A DNA stretch of 64,000 nucleotides from Gammaproteobacteria bacterium (GCA_965215365.1 CBDCDS010000003.1:1024001-1088000), one strand, 5' to 3'. Counted from the stretch's first letter, positions 14,683 through 24,332 are shown. Notes: generated by a model not told the origin, from the sequence alone. Program-made: numbers and translations.

Positions 14683-14841
14683 TATAGGTAACCTCTAAAA
14701 ATACCCTCCGTGGTATTTTTAGAGACGGAAATGAAAAAGTATGATTTTTCATTTCCTTCATTTTCAGTCACTTACGTGACTAAAAATGGCAGCACATCCC
14801 TGTGCTGCACGGTCACCTCTAATTAATAGAGGTGACCTATA
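14683..14841. mobile_element. ~160-bp MITE-like multi-hairpin element, copy A
   Basis: Ends TATAGGTAACCTCTAA...TAGAGGTGACCTATA; five internal hairpins; inverted homolog at 43996-44157. Confidence 0.75.
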
Positions 14842-15505
14842 ATGAATCCGATTGGGTATTGACCTCGCTGATCGGATTGCTCAGCATATCGCCGATGTCG
14901 CCAAGGCTGTCGGAACTGCCGCTTCGGTCTTGTCGGTGTTTGCCATTTTTACCACACTTGCCGGTTTGATCGTCGAATATTTCGATGCCGCTCCAGCGCC
15001 CGCAGTTGACCTTTCCATGGGCTCTAATCACTGCTCCACCACGTACCACCGCACTTCCAAAAACTTCAGTATTTTCAAAGACATAAGTATCTCTTCCCAC
15101 AACTTTGGCATTCCCGTAAATGTTTGCGCTGAGGCCATAGACGCGCGCGCCATCCAGGATCTTTGCATTACCGTAAACTTGCCCCCAGACCGTGGAATCA
15201 ATGACTCTGGCATTGCCATAAACATGAGCGCTACCATGAATGTTGCTATAGCCACGGACAACCGCATTGCCGGATACTCTGGCGCTGTTGGATACCACGG
15301 TTGTGCCAGACACTTTGGCATTGCCACAAACAGTTGCTCCGGCCTCGACATAGACGGTACTTTCAACCTTTGCTGTGTCGGCAACCCAGCCGCCCCCATT
15401 GGGATGATATGCGCCTGGGGTACCTCCCGTTTCGGAGCAAGCTACAGCCGGCCCGCTTGCCAGCGTCAGGGCGGTCAATACCACGGGTAAAAGTTTTAGT
15501 TTCAT
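14837..15505 (-). CDS. Secreted beta-helix repeat protein, paralog 2
   Basis: Same architecture as paralog 1; its stop codon lies in the terminus of the MITE-like element. Confidence 0.78.
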   Translation of the reverse strand: MKLKLLPVVLTALTLASGPAVACSETGGTPGAYHPNGGGWVADTAKVESTVYVEAGATVCGNAKVSGTTVVSNSARVSGNAVVRGYSNIHGSAHVYGNARVIDSTVWGQVYGNAKILDGARVYGLSANIYGNAKVVGRDTYVFENTEVFGSAVVRGGAVIRAHGKVNCGRWSGIEIFDDQTGKCGKNGKHRQDRSGSSDSLGDIGDMLSNPISEVNTQSDSL

Positions 15506-15638
15506 TAAAATTCCCCAAGTGCCAACAGGTTTGAGGCATTCCTAAAAATCAGATGCCACTTGGCGGCAATTATACTAAAATGACCAGGAAAAGTCAATCC
15601 TGAACATACTCTGACCCCGCATATCCCGGACCAACACA

Positions 15639-16226
15639 TTGAAAGCCATCGAACGCCTGCTGAACAATCTACTGCGCCGGGACCCGGAAACCCTGGACAA
15701 ACTAGCCAGCCTGTCCGGCAAGGTGATCCGGCTGCAACTGCTTAATACGGCACAGCCCATTACCAGTCTGCACCTTGAAACGCACGGCATCCGCATCGAG
15801 ACGGACGCCGCCGGTGAGGGGGATGTCCTCATTCGGGGCACGCCGCTCAATCTGCTGGCCTACCTGCGCGCCGCCGCAGCCGGCGGCGCGGCACTCAGCA
15901 GCAACCTGGAGATCAGGGGTGATCTGGGCCTGGCGCAGGATTTCCAACGCCTGCTGCGCGGCTTCGATCCGGACTTGGAAGAACAGTTGGCGCGTTACCT
16001 CGGTGACACCCTGGCGCGCAAGACCGCCAATCTGGCGCGCGCCGGCGTCGGTTTCCTGCGCCAGTTGCAGCACAAGGTTGAACTGGACTTGGGCGAATAC
16101 GCTCTGTATGAAACCGAAACACTGCCGGAGCGGGACGAGATAGAGCGCTTCAACCACGCGGTGGATACGTTACGCGATGATGTAGAGCGTCTCAAGCAAA
16201 GAGTTGATCGACTATGCTCACTATAG
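15639..16226 (+). CDS. ubiJ: Ubiquinone biosynthesis accessory factor (SCP2 domain)
   Basis: LEIRGDLGLAQDF, DLEEQLARYLGD, C-terminal coiled coil LRDDVERL; directly upstream of ubiB. Confidence 0.88.
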   Translation: MKAIERLLNNLLRRDPETLDKLASLSGKVIRLQLLNTAQPITSLHLETHGIRIETDAAGEGDVLIRGTPLNLLAYLRAAAAGGAALSSNLEIRGDLGLAQDFQRLLRGFDPDLEEQLARYLGDTLARKTANLARAGVGFLRQLQHKVELDLGEYALYETETLPERDEIERFNHAVDTLRDDVERLKQRVDRLCSL

Positions 16227-17872
16227 GCCAACTGTTCAGATTGTTAGCCATCCAGCGCGTGCTGGTGAAACACGGCCTGGATGAGCTGGTGTTTACCCTG
16301 CGCCTGTTCCAATCGGTCAGGTGGTTGCAACGCCTGTTGCCTTGGAACTGGTGGCGGCGGCTGGATGCGTCCCGGGGTGTCAGGCTGCGGCTGGCACTGG
16401 AAGATCTGGGGCCGATTTACGTCAAGTTCGGCCAGTTGCTATCAACCCGGCGCGATATGCTGCCGGACGACATTGCCCTGGAATTGGCCAAGCTGCAAGA
16501 CAAAGTGCCGCCGTTTCCGGGCTCTCAGGCCCGGGCCATCGTCGAACGTTCGCTGGGAAAGAAGATAGAGGAGATATTTCAGGCGTTCGATGAAACGCCG
16601 CTGGCATCGGCTTCGGTGGCCCAGGTACATGCCGCCACGCTGCATGACGGCCGCGCTATGATCGTGAAGGTGATACGCCCGCAGATAAAGAAGGTCATCA
16701 GCAGCGATCTCGGTATCATCCACCTGCTGGCGGAGACCCTGGAACGTTATTCCCGGGATGCACGGCGGTTAAAGCCCACCGCCGTCGTGGATGAGTTTGA
16801 AAAAACTCTGGTAAACGAGCTCGACCTGATGGGGGAAGCGGCTTCGGCGTCGCAGTTGCGCCGTAATTTTGCCAACTCGGAGGTGTTATACGTCCCGGAT
16901 GTGGTATGGGAGTTGACCGGCCGGGATGTGATGGTGATGGAACGCGTCAGCGGCATACCCATCAACGACTTGGAGGCGCTGCGACAGGCGGGTGTGAATT
17001 TGCAGTGGCTGGCCGAGCGCGGCGTGGAAACTTTCTTCACCCAGGTGTTTCGCGACAGCTTCTTCCATGCCGATATGCACCCCGGTAACATCTTCGTGCA
17101 GCCGCAGGAAGGGGGGCGGGCGCGCATCATGATGGTGGATTTCGGCATTATGAGCTCGCTCAGCGAATACGACCAGCGGTATCTGGCGGATAACTTCCTG
17201 GCTTTTCTGAACCGTGACTACCGGCGGGTCGCCGAACTGCACATCGAGTCTGGCTGGGTGCCGCCGGATACCCGCGTGGATGAGTTTGAGTTCGCCATTC
17301 GCACCGTCTGCGAACCCATGTTTGACCGCCCCATGAGGGAGATGTCCATCGGCACTCTGCTGTTGCGCTTGTTCCAGACAGCGCAGCGGTTCAATATGAG
17401 GATCCTGCCGCAACTGTTGCTGTTACAGAAAACCCTGGTCAGCGTCGAAGGACTGGGGCGCCAGCTGTACCCCGACCTGGACCTGTGGGCTACGGCCAAA
17501 CCCATTATGCAACGCTGGATGGACAATCGCATCGGTGCCCGCGCCTTGCTGAAAAGTGCCCGGGACAGCGTTCCCTACTGGGTCAACCGCCTGCCCCAGT
17601 TCCCGCACAAGGTGATGGAGCTGGTGGACCGCCTGCATGACGGCAGGTTGCAGGTGGAACTCAAGTATGGCAGCGATGAGTTACGCGAAGAGATCCGCAG
17701 GTACGGAAAGAGCAATGCCCGTCTGGTTATAGGCTGTGTCCTGCTGCTGGTGGCGCTGGCATTCTATCTGATCGGCCCGCGCACCTGGCTGCTGAGCAGC
17801 TTCCCCCTGCTACCCCTGCTGTTCGGCATCGCCGGCGGCTGGCTGGTGATGAAGGTGTTGAACGAGTTGTAG
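16214..17872 (+). CDS. ubiB: Ubiquinone biosynthesis regulatory kinase
   Basis: LGPIYVKFGQ, ASASVAQVH, FFHADMHPGN, DFG motifs. Confidence 0.96.
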   Translation: MLTIGQLFRLLAIQRVLVKHGLDELVFTLRLFQSVRWLQRLLPWNWWRRLDASRGVRLRLALEDLGPIYVKFGQLLSTRRDMLPDDIALELAKLQDKVPPFPGSQARAIVERSLGKKIEEIFQAFDETPLASASVAQVHAATLHDGRAMIVKVIRPQIKKVISSDLGIIHLLAETLERYSRDARRLKPTAVVDEFEKTLVNELDLMGEAASASQLRRNFANSEVLYVPDVVWELTGRDVMVMERVSGIPINDLEALRQAGVNLQWLAERGVETFFTQVFRDSFFHADMHPGNIFVQPQEGGRARIMMVDFGIMSSLSEYDQRYLADNFLAFLNRDYRRVAELHIESGWVPPDTRVDEFEFAIRTVCEPMFDRPMREMSIGTLLLRLFQTAQRFNMRILPQLLLLQKTLVSVEGLGRQLYPDLDLWATAKPIMQRWMDNRIGARALLKSARDSVPYWVNRLPQFPHKVMELVDRLHDGRLQVELKYGSDELREEIRRYGKSNARLVIGCVLLLVALAFYLIGPRTWLLSSFPLLPLLFGIAGGWLVMKVLNEL

Positions 17873-18151
17873 CTGCTCTGTAGCCCCGGTCTTGCGTCTG
17901 GCTTCTTCCAGATCATAGTCGTCCTGCAATCCCAGCCAGAACTTTTCACTGCTTAGCCACCTGTCTTACCTAATGATAATCAACGATTTCAACCTGGTAC
18001 GCATTGCCTTGTCGCCAGATAAAACAAATTCGGTACCGATCATTCGTGGATTATAACGCCAGGCGTTAGACAAAATAAGGTCACCTCGTGTTTGTGAGAG
18101 GCACCCTTATACAGCAAAAATCAGCTGGCGCCTCTTATCTGCCTGTCAATT

Positions 18152-18760
18152 TTATTCCGATTCGGTGTTGACTTCGTTGATCGGATTACTCAGCCTATCG
18201 CCGAGGCTGTCGGAACTGCCGCTTCTGTCTTGTCGGTCCCGGCCATTCCTGCCGCATTTGCCGGTTTGATCGTCGAATACTTCGATTCCGCGCCAGCGCC
18301 CGCAGTTGACCTTTCCGTTTGCCTTGATCTGTGCGCCACCACGCACCAACGCAGTTCCAAAAACTTCCCCCACGACCCAGGCAGAATCCACTCTGGCATT
18401 GCCATAAACCCGGGCCGTATCCGCAACGAGGCTATTTCCACGGATGACCGCATCGCCGGATACCTGGGCGCCATTGACTACTGTGGAGTTAACCACTCTG
18501 GCATTGCCATAAACCCGGGCCGTATCCGCAACGAGGCTGTTTCCACGGATAACCGCATTGCCGGATACTCTGGCATTGTCGCAAACAGTTGATCCGGGCC
18601 CGACATAGACGGTACTGTCAACTTGTGCTGTGTCGGCAACCCAGCCGCCCCCATTGGGATGATATGCGCCCGCGGGACCTCCCGTCTCGGAGCAAGCCGC
18701 AGCCGGCCTCCCTACCAGCATTAAGGTGACAAATACCAAATAAAAAAGTTTTAGTTTCAT
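18152..18760 (-). CDS. Secreted beta-helix repeat protein, paralog 3
   Basis: High similarity to paralogs 1 and 2, including signal peptide and C-terminal LSNPINEVNTES. Confidence 0.78.
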   Translation of the reverse strand: MKLKLFYLVFVTLMLVGRPAAACSETGGPAGAYHPNGGGWVADTAQVDSTVYVGPGSTVCDNARVSGNAVIRGNSLVADTARVYGNARVVNSTVVNGAQVSGDAVIRGNSLVADTARVYGNARVDSAWVVGEVFGTALVRGGAQIKANGKVNCGRWRGIEVFDDQTGKCGRNGRDRQDRSGSSDSLGDRLSNPINEVNTESE

Positions 18761-18879
18761 CAAAATTCTCCAAGCGCCAACAGCTTTGAGGCATGCCAAC
18801 GGTTACCCCTGAAAATTAGTAGCCACTTGACGGTAATTGTACCAGAATGATCAGGAAATGTCCACCCGGACACCCGGAC

Positions 18880-19004
18880 ACCCGGCGCGATATGCTGCCG
18901 GACGACATTGCCCTGGAACGTTATTCCCGGGATACATGGCGCGGTTAAAGCCCACCGCCGTTGTGGATGAGTTTGAGTTCGCCATTCACACCGTCTGCGA
19001 ACCC
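18880..19004 (+). pseudogene. Collapsed ubiB remnant made of three joined ubiB fragments
   Basis: 18880-18918 = ubiB 16445-16483; 18911-18976 resembles 16737-16800; 18963-19004 resembles 17276-17317. Confidence 0.85.
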
Positions 19005-19088
19005 TAACCCGCATATCTCGCCAGGTGATGCGAAGCTCGAAATGAAATATCGGTAGCCATCACCGAATTTTCATGGTAGTATAAAACC

Positions 19089-20240
19089 ATGATAGTTCGA
19101 GACAAGCATGCCGAAGAAATTATCAGACGCCTTGGAAACTTCGAGGTCGTCGCTATCTTAGGGCCACGCCAGATTGGCAAAACCACCTTGGCACGGCAGG
19201 TGGCCGAACGCTATCACACGCAGACCCACCACTTTGACTTGGAGGACCCTGCGGCGCTTTCCCGACTTGAAGGAGATGCCAAATTCACACTGCAACATCT
19301 GAAGGGGTTGGTCATTATCGACGAGATACAGCGCTTGGCCGACCTGTTTCCAGTGCTTCGAGTGCTGTCTGACCGCAGACCGGGGCCGGCGCGTTTTCTG
19401 GTTCTGGGCAGCGCCTCACCGAACCTGTTGAGACAATCCTCCGAGTCGCTTGCCGGCCGTATCAACTACTACGAACTGGGCGGACTGGGGCTGGATGAAA
19501 CGGGTCATAACCGGCTTGACCGGCGTTGGCTGCGCGGCGGTTTTCCGAAGGCCTACCTGGCCAGGTCGGACCGGGACTGCTTTGAATGGCTGGAGAGCTT
19601 TACCCGGACTTTCATCGAACGTGATCTGGCACAACTCGGTGTGCAAACACCGGGCACGACCCTGCGCCGTTTCTGGGCGATGCTGGCACACCGGCATGGT
19701 CAAATCTGGAACTCGTCGGAGTTTGCCCGTTCCTTCGGTGTTGCCGACACAACTGTGCGCCGCTACCTTGACATTCTTACCGACGCGCTGGTCGTCAGAC
19801 AACTGGCGCCCTGGTTTGCGAACCTGAAAAAGCGCCAGGTCAAAGCGCCAAAAGTTTATCTCAGGGATGCGGGACTGGTACACTCCCTGCTTGGTATCAG
19901 CGATGCCGGGACCCTGGACGCACATCCAGCGCGGGGCAGCACCTGGGAAGGCTTGTTGCTGGAGTTGGTTATGGACCAACTCAGGGGGCCGGGCCGGGAA
20001 TTTTATTACTGGCGCACCCATACCGGTGCGGAACTCGACCTGTTCATGCCCTCGGCACGGGCGCGGCTGGGCGTCGAGATCAAGTTATCTTCGGCGCCGA
20101 TAATCACCCCCTCAATGCGCCACGCCATGACAGATCTCGAACTTACGGAATTAGTCGTGGTACATGCCGGCGAGGAATCCTATCCCTTAGGCGAGAAAAT
20201 ACGTGCCGTAGCGGCCCGACGTTTGTTGACGGATTTGTAG
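19089..20240 (+). CDS. AAA_14 ATPase with DUF4143 domain
   Basis: GPRQIGKTT, IIDEIQ, LGSAS, RGGFP, PKVYLRDAG, YYWRT..GAELD..EIK motifs. Confidence 0.88.
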   Translation: MIVRDKHAEEIIRRLGNFEVVAILGPRQIGKTTLARQVAERYHTQTHHFDLEDPAALSRLEGDAKFTLQHLKGLVIIDEIQRLADLFPVLRVLSDRRPGPARFLVLGSASPNLLRQSSESLAGRINYYELGGLGLDETGHNRLDRRWLRGGFPKAYLARSDRDCFEWLESFTRTFIERDLAQLGVQTPGTTLRRFWAMLAHRHGQIWNSSEFARSFGVADTTVRRYLDILTDALVVRQLAPWFANLKKRQVKAPKVYLRDAGLVHSLLGISDAGTLDAHPARGSTWEGLLLELVMDQLRGPGREFYYWRTHTGAELDLFMPSARARLGVEIKLSSAPIITPSMRHAMTDLELTELVVVHAGEESYPLGEKIRAVAARRLLTDL

Positions 20241-20243
20241 CTG

Positions 20244-21548
20244 CTACTCCGTGTCAGCGCCCAGTATCTGCAAGCCCTTGAGCAGGTTCAGGGCTTGTTG
20301 CAGGTCGTAGTCTTCGGCGAGGAGCGCGGTGGTTTCCTGTGCCGTGTCCGCGGCCTCGTCGGTTGCTTCCGGGGTTTCCCCGTTTTCGTTATCCAGGCGT
20401 TGTCTGAGGTTGTCTTCGGTGACGGGCAGCGCTTCCTCAACTGCCAGGGATTCGACCTTCACCCGGCTCAGGGTGATGTCGGGTTCGATGCCGTAAACCT
20501 GTATAGAGCGGCCTGAGGGCGTGTAATAACGGGCGGTAGTCAGTTTCAGCGCGGCGTTGGAAACCGGTAGCACGGTCTGTACCGAACCTTTGCCGAAGGT
20601 CTTGTGTCCCATGATGATGCCGCGCTGGTGATCCTGCAGGGCGCCTGCTACGATCTCTGAGGCGGACGCCGAGCCGGCGTTCACTAGTGCCACGATGGGC
20701 GCGCCGTCTAGCAGGTCAATGGGTTTGGCGTCGAAACTCAGTTTTGAATCGTCCACCCGGCCTTCCGTGTAAACGATCAGGCCCGAGTCCAGGAACAGGT
20801 CGGCCACACCCACGGCCGAGCTCAGGATGCCGCCGGGATTGTTGCGCATATCCAGAATCAAGCCATGCAGTTGGCCGCCGTTGTCCTGCTTCAGTTGTTG
20901 CAGTGCAGCCCTGGCGTCTTCCCCGGTGCGGGACTGGAAGTGCGAGATGCGCAGGTAGCCGAAGCCCGGCTCCAAGGTCCTGGTGCGGACGCTTTTGACC
21001 TTGATCACGTCTCTGGTAATGGTCACTTTCAGCGGTTTTTCCGCGCCGTCCCGGATAATGGTCAGGGTGATGTCGGTGCCCGGCTCGCCCCTCATGCGCG
21101 CCACCGCGTCGTTCAGGGACATTCCTTTTACCGGCGTTTCATCCAGACGGATGACCAGGTCGCCGGCCTGCAAGCCCGCTTGCTGCGCCGGGGTATCGTC
21201 AATGGGTGAGATGACTTTGATGAACCCGTCTTCCATGCCCACCTCGATACCGAGGCCGCCGAACTCGCCGGTAGTCCCTTCCTGCAGGTCCAGGTAGGCT
21301 TCCTCATCTAGGTAGCTCGAATGCGGGTCCAGGCCTTGCAGCATGCCCCGGATAGCATCTTCCAGCAGGGCCTTGTCCTCGACCTCTTCCACGTAGTCTT
21401 GCTTGATCCTGGCAAATACCTCCGCAAACGCCCGGATCTCATCGACAGGCAGTTCTCCCGGCCCGGTAGCCGCCGGCACTTCTGCGCGCGCCGGTAGCGC
21501 GATGACCAACAGGCAGCAGCCAATGGCTCTAATTAGATTCGTGTTCAT
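20244..21548 (-). CDS. ctpA: Carboxyl-terminal processing protease (S41 family, PDZ domain)
   Basis: LDPHSSY, GLGIEV PDZ, DMRNNPGG, SASASEIV, GKGSVQ, TARYYTPSG. Confidence 0.93.
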   Translation of the reverse strand: MNTNLIRAIGCCLLVIALPARAEVPAATGPGELPVDEIRAFAEVFARIKQDYVEEVEDKALLEDAIRGMLQGLDPHSSYLDEEAYLDLQEGTTGEFGGLGIEVGMEDGFIKVISPIDDTPAQQAGLQAGDLVIRLDETPVKGMSLNDAVARMRGEPGTDITLTIIRDGAEKPLKVTITRDVIKVKSVRTRTLEPGFGYLRISHFQSRTGEDARAALQQLKQDNGGQLHGLILDMRNNPGGILSSAVGVADLFLDSGLIVYTEGRVDDSKLSFDAKPIDLLDGAPIVALVNAGSASASEIVAGALQDHQRGIIMGHKTFGKGSVQTVLPVSNAALKLTTARYYTPSGRSIQVYGIEPDITLSRVKVESLAVEEALPVTEDNLRQRLDNENGETPEATDEAADTAQETTALLAEDYDLQQALNLLKGLQILGADTE

Positions 21549-21565
21549 ACCCAACTTATATCATC

Positions 21566-23128
21566 TCATCTCAGCCTGAACAAGGCGTTGCCGGTCATCT
21601 CCGGCGGCTTTTCCATGTCCATGAGGTACAACAGGGTGGGTACCACATCGCACAGGGCTGCGCTGGCGCTGGGCATCACTTCTGCCGGACGGCCCACATA
21701 CAGGAACGGCACCAGATTTTCCGTGTGCGCGGTATGCGCCTGCCCGTTGCTTTTTTCCGTGATGAACGAGCGCATCTGCTCGGCATTGCCGTGATCGGAG
21801 GTGAGTAGCAGTTCGCCGCCGACGCGCCGGGTCTGCTCAAGGATTTGACCGAGGCAGGCATCGATGGTTTCGACGGCCTTGACGGCCGCGTCGAAGTCGC
21901 CGGTATGCCCCACCATGTCTGCATTGGCGTAGTTACAGATGATCACGTCAAATTTTTCCGAAGCAATTGCCGCAGTCAGACGCGCCGTGACCTCCGGCGC
22001 GCTCATCTCCGGACACAGGTCGTAGGTAGCCACGTGCGGGGAGGGTACCAGGATGCGTTCCTCACCGTTGAACACGCGCTCCTCCCCACCGTTAAAGAAG
22101 AACGTAACGTGGGCATATTTTTCTGTTTCCGCGATGCGCAGCTGCCTCAGGCCCGCTGCGGCCAGATACTCACCCAGCACGTTGTTCAGGCGGGCCGGGG
22201 GGAACAGCGCCGGAAAATCAAAGTCCGCGCGGTATTCCGTCATGCTGATGAACGCGCCCAGGTCTATCGGTGCGCCACGCTCAAACGCGTCGAACTGCGT
22301 GGCGCTGAACGCCTCGGCCAGTTGCCGGGCCCGATCGGCCCGATAGTTACTGAAGATGACCACATCGCCGGCCTCGACCCGCGCCGCGCGGCCGCCTCGG
22401 GGTAAAATCGCAGTCGGCTTCACAAACTCGTCCGTCTCGCCGCGGATGTAGGCCAGCTCCACTGCGCTGAACGCATCGACCGCCTGGTACTCGGCCGCCG
22501 CCGCGGTGATCAGCCGGTAGGCGACCTCAGTCCGCTCCCAGTGCTGGTTGCGGTCCATGGCATAATAGCGCCCGACTACGCTGGCAAAGCGGCCCTTGCC
22601 CAGTTCCTGCATTTTCAGGTGTGTCTCATCTAGGTACGCTCCCGCGCTTTTGGGTGGCGTATCCCGACCGTCTAGGAACGCATGCAGGTACAGCTCGCGC
22701 ACATCATATTGCGCGGCAAACTCCAGCAGGGCAAAGATATGCTCCTGGTGGTTGTGCACCCCGCCCGGTGACAGCAGGCCCATGATATGTACTGCGCGCC
22801 CGTTACGCGCGGCGCTGCCCAGAGCTTCCTTAAGTACCGGGTTTGCAAAAAAAGACCGGTCCTCAATCGCCTTGGTAATACGACTGAACTCCTGGTCAAC
22901 GATACGCCCGGAGCCGATATTCATGTGGCCCGTTTCCGAGTTCCCCATCTGGCGCGTCGGCAGGCCCACATCCGGGCCGGATGCGTTCAGCAGGGTATGG
23001 GGATAGTTGTCCCATAACTGGTCCCACACCGGTTTGCTGGCACTGTGGATGGCGTTATAAGCGGTGGCTTCGGAATAACCCCAACCATCTAGGATGAGCA
23101 ATACCATAGGGCGATGAGACAGGCGCAT
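21566..23128 (-). CDS. gpmI: 2,3-bisphosphoglycerate-independent phosphoglycerate mutase
   Basis: LILDGWG, MGNSETGH, AETEKYAHVTFFFNGG, DMVGHTG, SDHGNAE. Confidence 0.96.
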   Translation of the reverse strand: MRLSHRPMVLLILDGWGYSEATAYNAIHSASKPVWDQLWDNYPHTLLNASGPDVGLPTRQMGNSETGHMNIGSGRIVDQEFSRITKAIEDRSFFANPVLKEALGSAARNGRAVHIMGLLSPGGVHNHQEHIFALLEFAAQYDVRELYLHAFLDGRDTPPKSAGAYLDETHLKMQELGKGRFASVVGRYYAMDRNQHWERTEVAYRLITAAAAEYQAVDAFSAVELAYIRGETDEFVKPTAILPRGGRAARVEAGDVVIFSNYRADRARQLAEAFSATQFDAFERGAPIDLGAFISMTEYRADFDFPALFPPARLNNVLGEYLAAAGLRQLRIAETEKYAHVTFFFNGGEERVFNGEERILVPSPHVATYDLCPEMSAPEVTARLTAAIASEKFDVIICNYANADMVGHTGDFDAAVKAVETIDACLGQILEQTRRVGGELLLTSDHGNAEQMRSFITEKSNGQAHTAHTENLVPFLYVGRPAEVMPSASAALCDVVPTLLYLMDMEKPPEMTGNALFRLR

Positions 23129-23184
23129 AGCGGGTCGGTCAGTTACAAGTCTTGTTTGCGCCTGCGGTTTCGGCGCAGTGTGAA

Positions 23185-23388
23185 TTACAGGAGTTTATCA
23201 AAAACACCGAGGGCGATGAGCAGGCCCACACCGATAAGCAGCATATCGACTTTCGCCTTGAGAACGGTGACATCATGTCTCAGCGAAGTGACGTCAACCT
23301 TGTAGTGATCGATCTCTTCTGCGGCATTTGTCGCCGTGGTTTCAGATACTTTCGCTTCAATCAGCGCCTTGTAAAGTAGTGTACTCAT
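23185..23388 (-). CDS. Small coiled-coil protein with C-terminal TM helix (DUF1640/CCDC90-like), copy 1
   Basis: 67 aa MSTLLYKALIEAKVSE...KVDMLLIGVGLLIALGVFDKLL; tandem paralog adjacent. Confidence 0.6.
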   Translation of the reverse strand: MSTLLYKALIEAKVSETTATNAAEEIDHYKVDVTSLRHDVTVLKAKVDMLLIGVGLLIALGVFDKLL

Positions 23389-23455
23389 GGTATTTTTCCC
23401 TGATTCGAGCAGAGGCTCTCCTAGTTGTCGCCCGCTATTCCGGTGCAGTGTGAGT

Positions 23456-23638
23456 TCAGAGGAGTTTATCGAAAACTCCGAGGGCGATGAGCAGACCCAC
23501 ACCGATGAGCAGCATATCGACTTTGGTTTTGAGCGCGGCTACGTCACGCTTATAGCTATCAAGCTCTGCTGCGGCCTTTGTCGCGGTCGCTTCAGATACC
23601 TTCGCTTCAATCATCGCTTTGTAAAATAGTGTGCTCAT
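23456..23638 (-). CDS. Small coiled-coil protein with C-terminal TM helix, copy 2
   Basis: 60 aa paralog with an identical C-terminal 22 aa and synonymous codon differences; 7 aa shorter. Confidence 0.6.
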   Translation of the reverse strand: MSTLFYKAMIEAKVSEATATKAAAELDSYKRDVAALKTKVDMLLIGVGLLIALGVFDKLL

Positions 23639-23825
23639 ACTGGTACCCCTGATTATTATTGCATATCGTTTGACATTAGCTGTAGTGTTTTCTTCCGTAA
23701 GCGTTCCTGATACGTAACTATACACGTTTGCAGCGGGAATGAAAATACTTACTCGCTTGCTGTGGATGGTATTTTCACAGGTTCCCTGTATAATACCCAT
23801 CACCCGTTACCTGTTTGCTGCCGGC

Positions 23826-24251
23826 ATGGAAAAATTACCCGAATTCATTGCCAATCACCTGTGGCTGGTGTGCCTGTTTGTGGCGCTACTGGCCTTGTTA
23901 TTGTGGAACATCTTCGGAGCCTCCATGTCCGGTCTGACCCAGGTCGGGCCGGTGGAAGTCACGCGCCTGCTCAACCATGACAAGGCGCTGTTGCTGGACT
24001 TGCGCACGAGCACCGACTTTGCCGCCGGCCACATCATCAGCGCACGTAATATCCCGGCCGCGGAGTTGGCAGACAGGCAGGAGGAACTGCAAAAATTCAA
24101 GAGCAACCCGATCATCTTCTGTTGCAGTCGCAACTCGGATGGGGTCAAGGCGGGACGCATACTCAAACCGGCCGGGTTTGAAAAAATCTATTCATTAAAG
24201 GGTGGCTTGGAGGCGTGGCGTACTGCCAACCTGCCAATCACCCGCGAGTAA
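23826..24251 (+). CDS. Rhodanese-like domain membrane protein (YibN-like)
   Basis: N-terminal TM, DLR..DFAAGHIISARNIP, LKGGLEAW; upstream of secB. Confidence 0.88.
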   Translation: MEKLPEFIANHLWLVCLFVALLALLLWNIFGASMSGLTQVGPVEVTRLLNHDKALLLDLRTSTDFAAGHIISARNIPAAELADRQEELQKFKSNPIIFCCSRNSDGVKAGRILKPAGFEKIYSLKGGLEAWRTANLPITRE

Positions 24252-24332
24252 GGCGGCCTTCGTGGGTCCCCGGCTGACGACAGGCCGGGGCGGGTAAAAC
24301 TTAAACAGCAAACTACAACTAGGTAAAAGATA

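Noticed and set aside
13793-18760. Beta-helix genes as self-targets of the repeat-protein spacers, or as a DGR
   Set aside because: Their repeats are GNAxV hexapeptide type and do not match the spacers; no RT and no adenine-specific variation pattern.
21549-24332. Absence of envC between gpmI and ctpA and of grxC before secB
   Set aside because: Gene order varies among gammaproteobacteria, and loss cannot be judged from one window.
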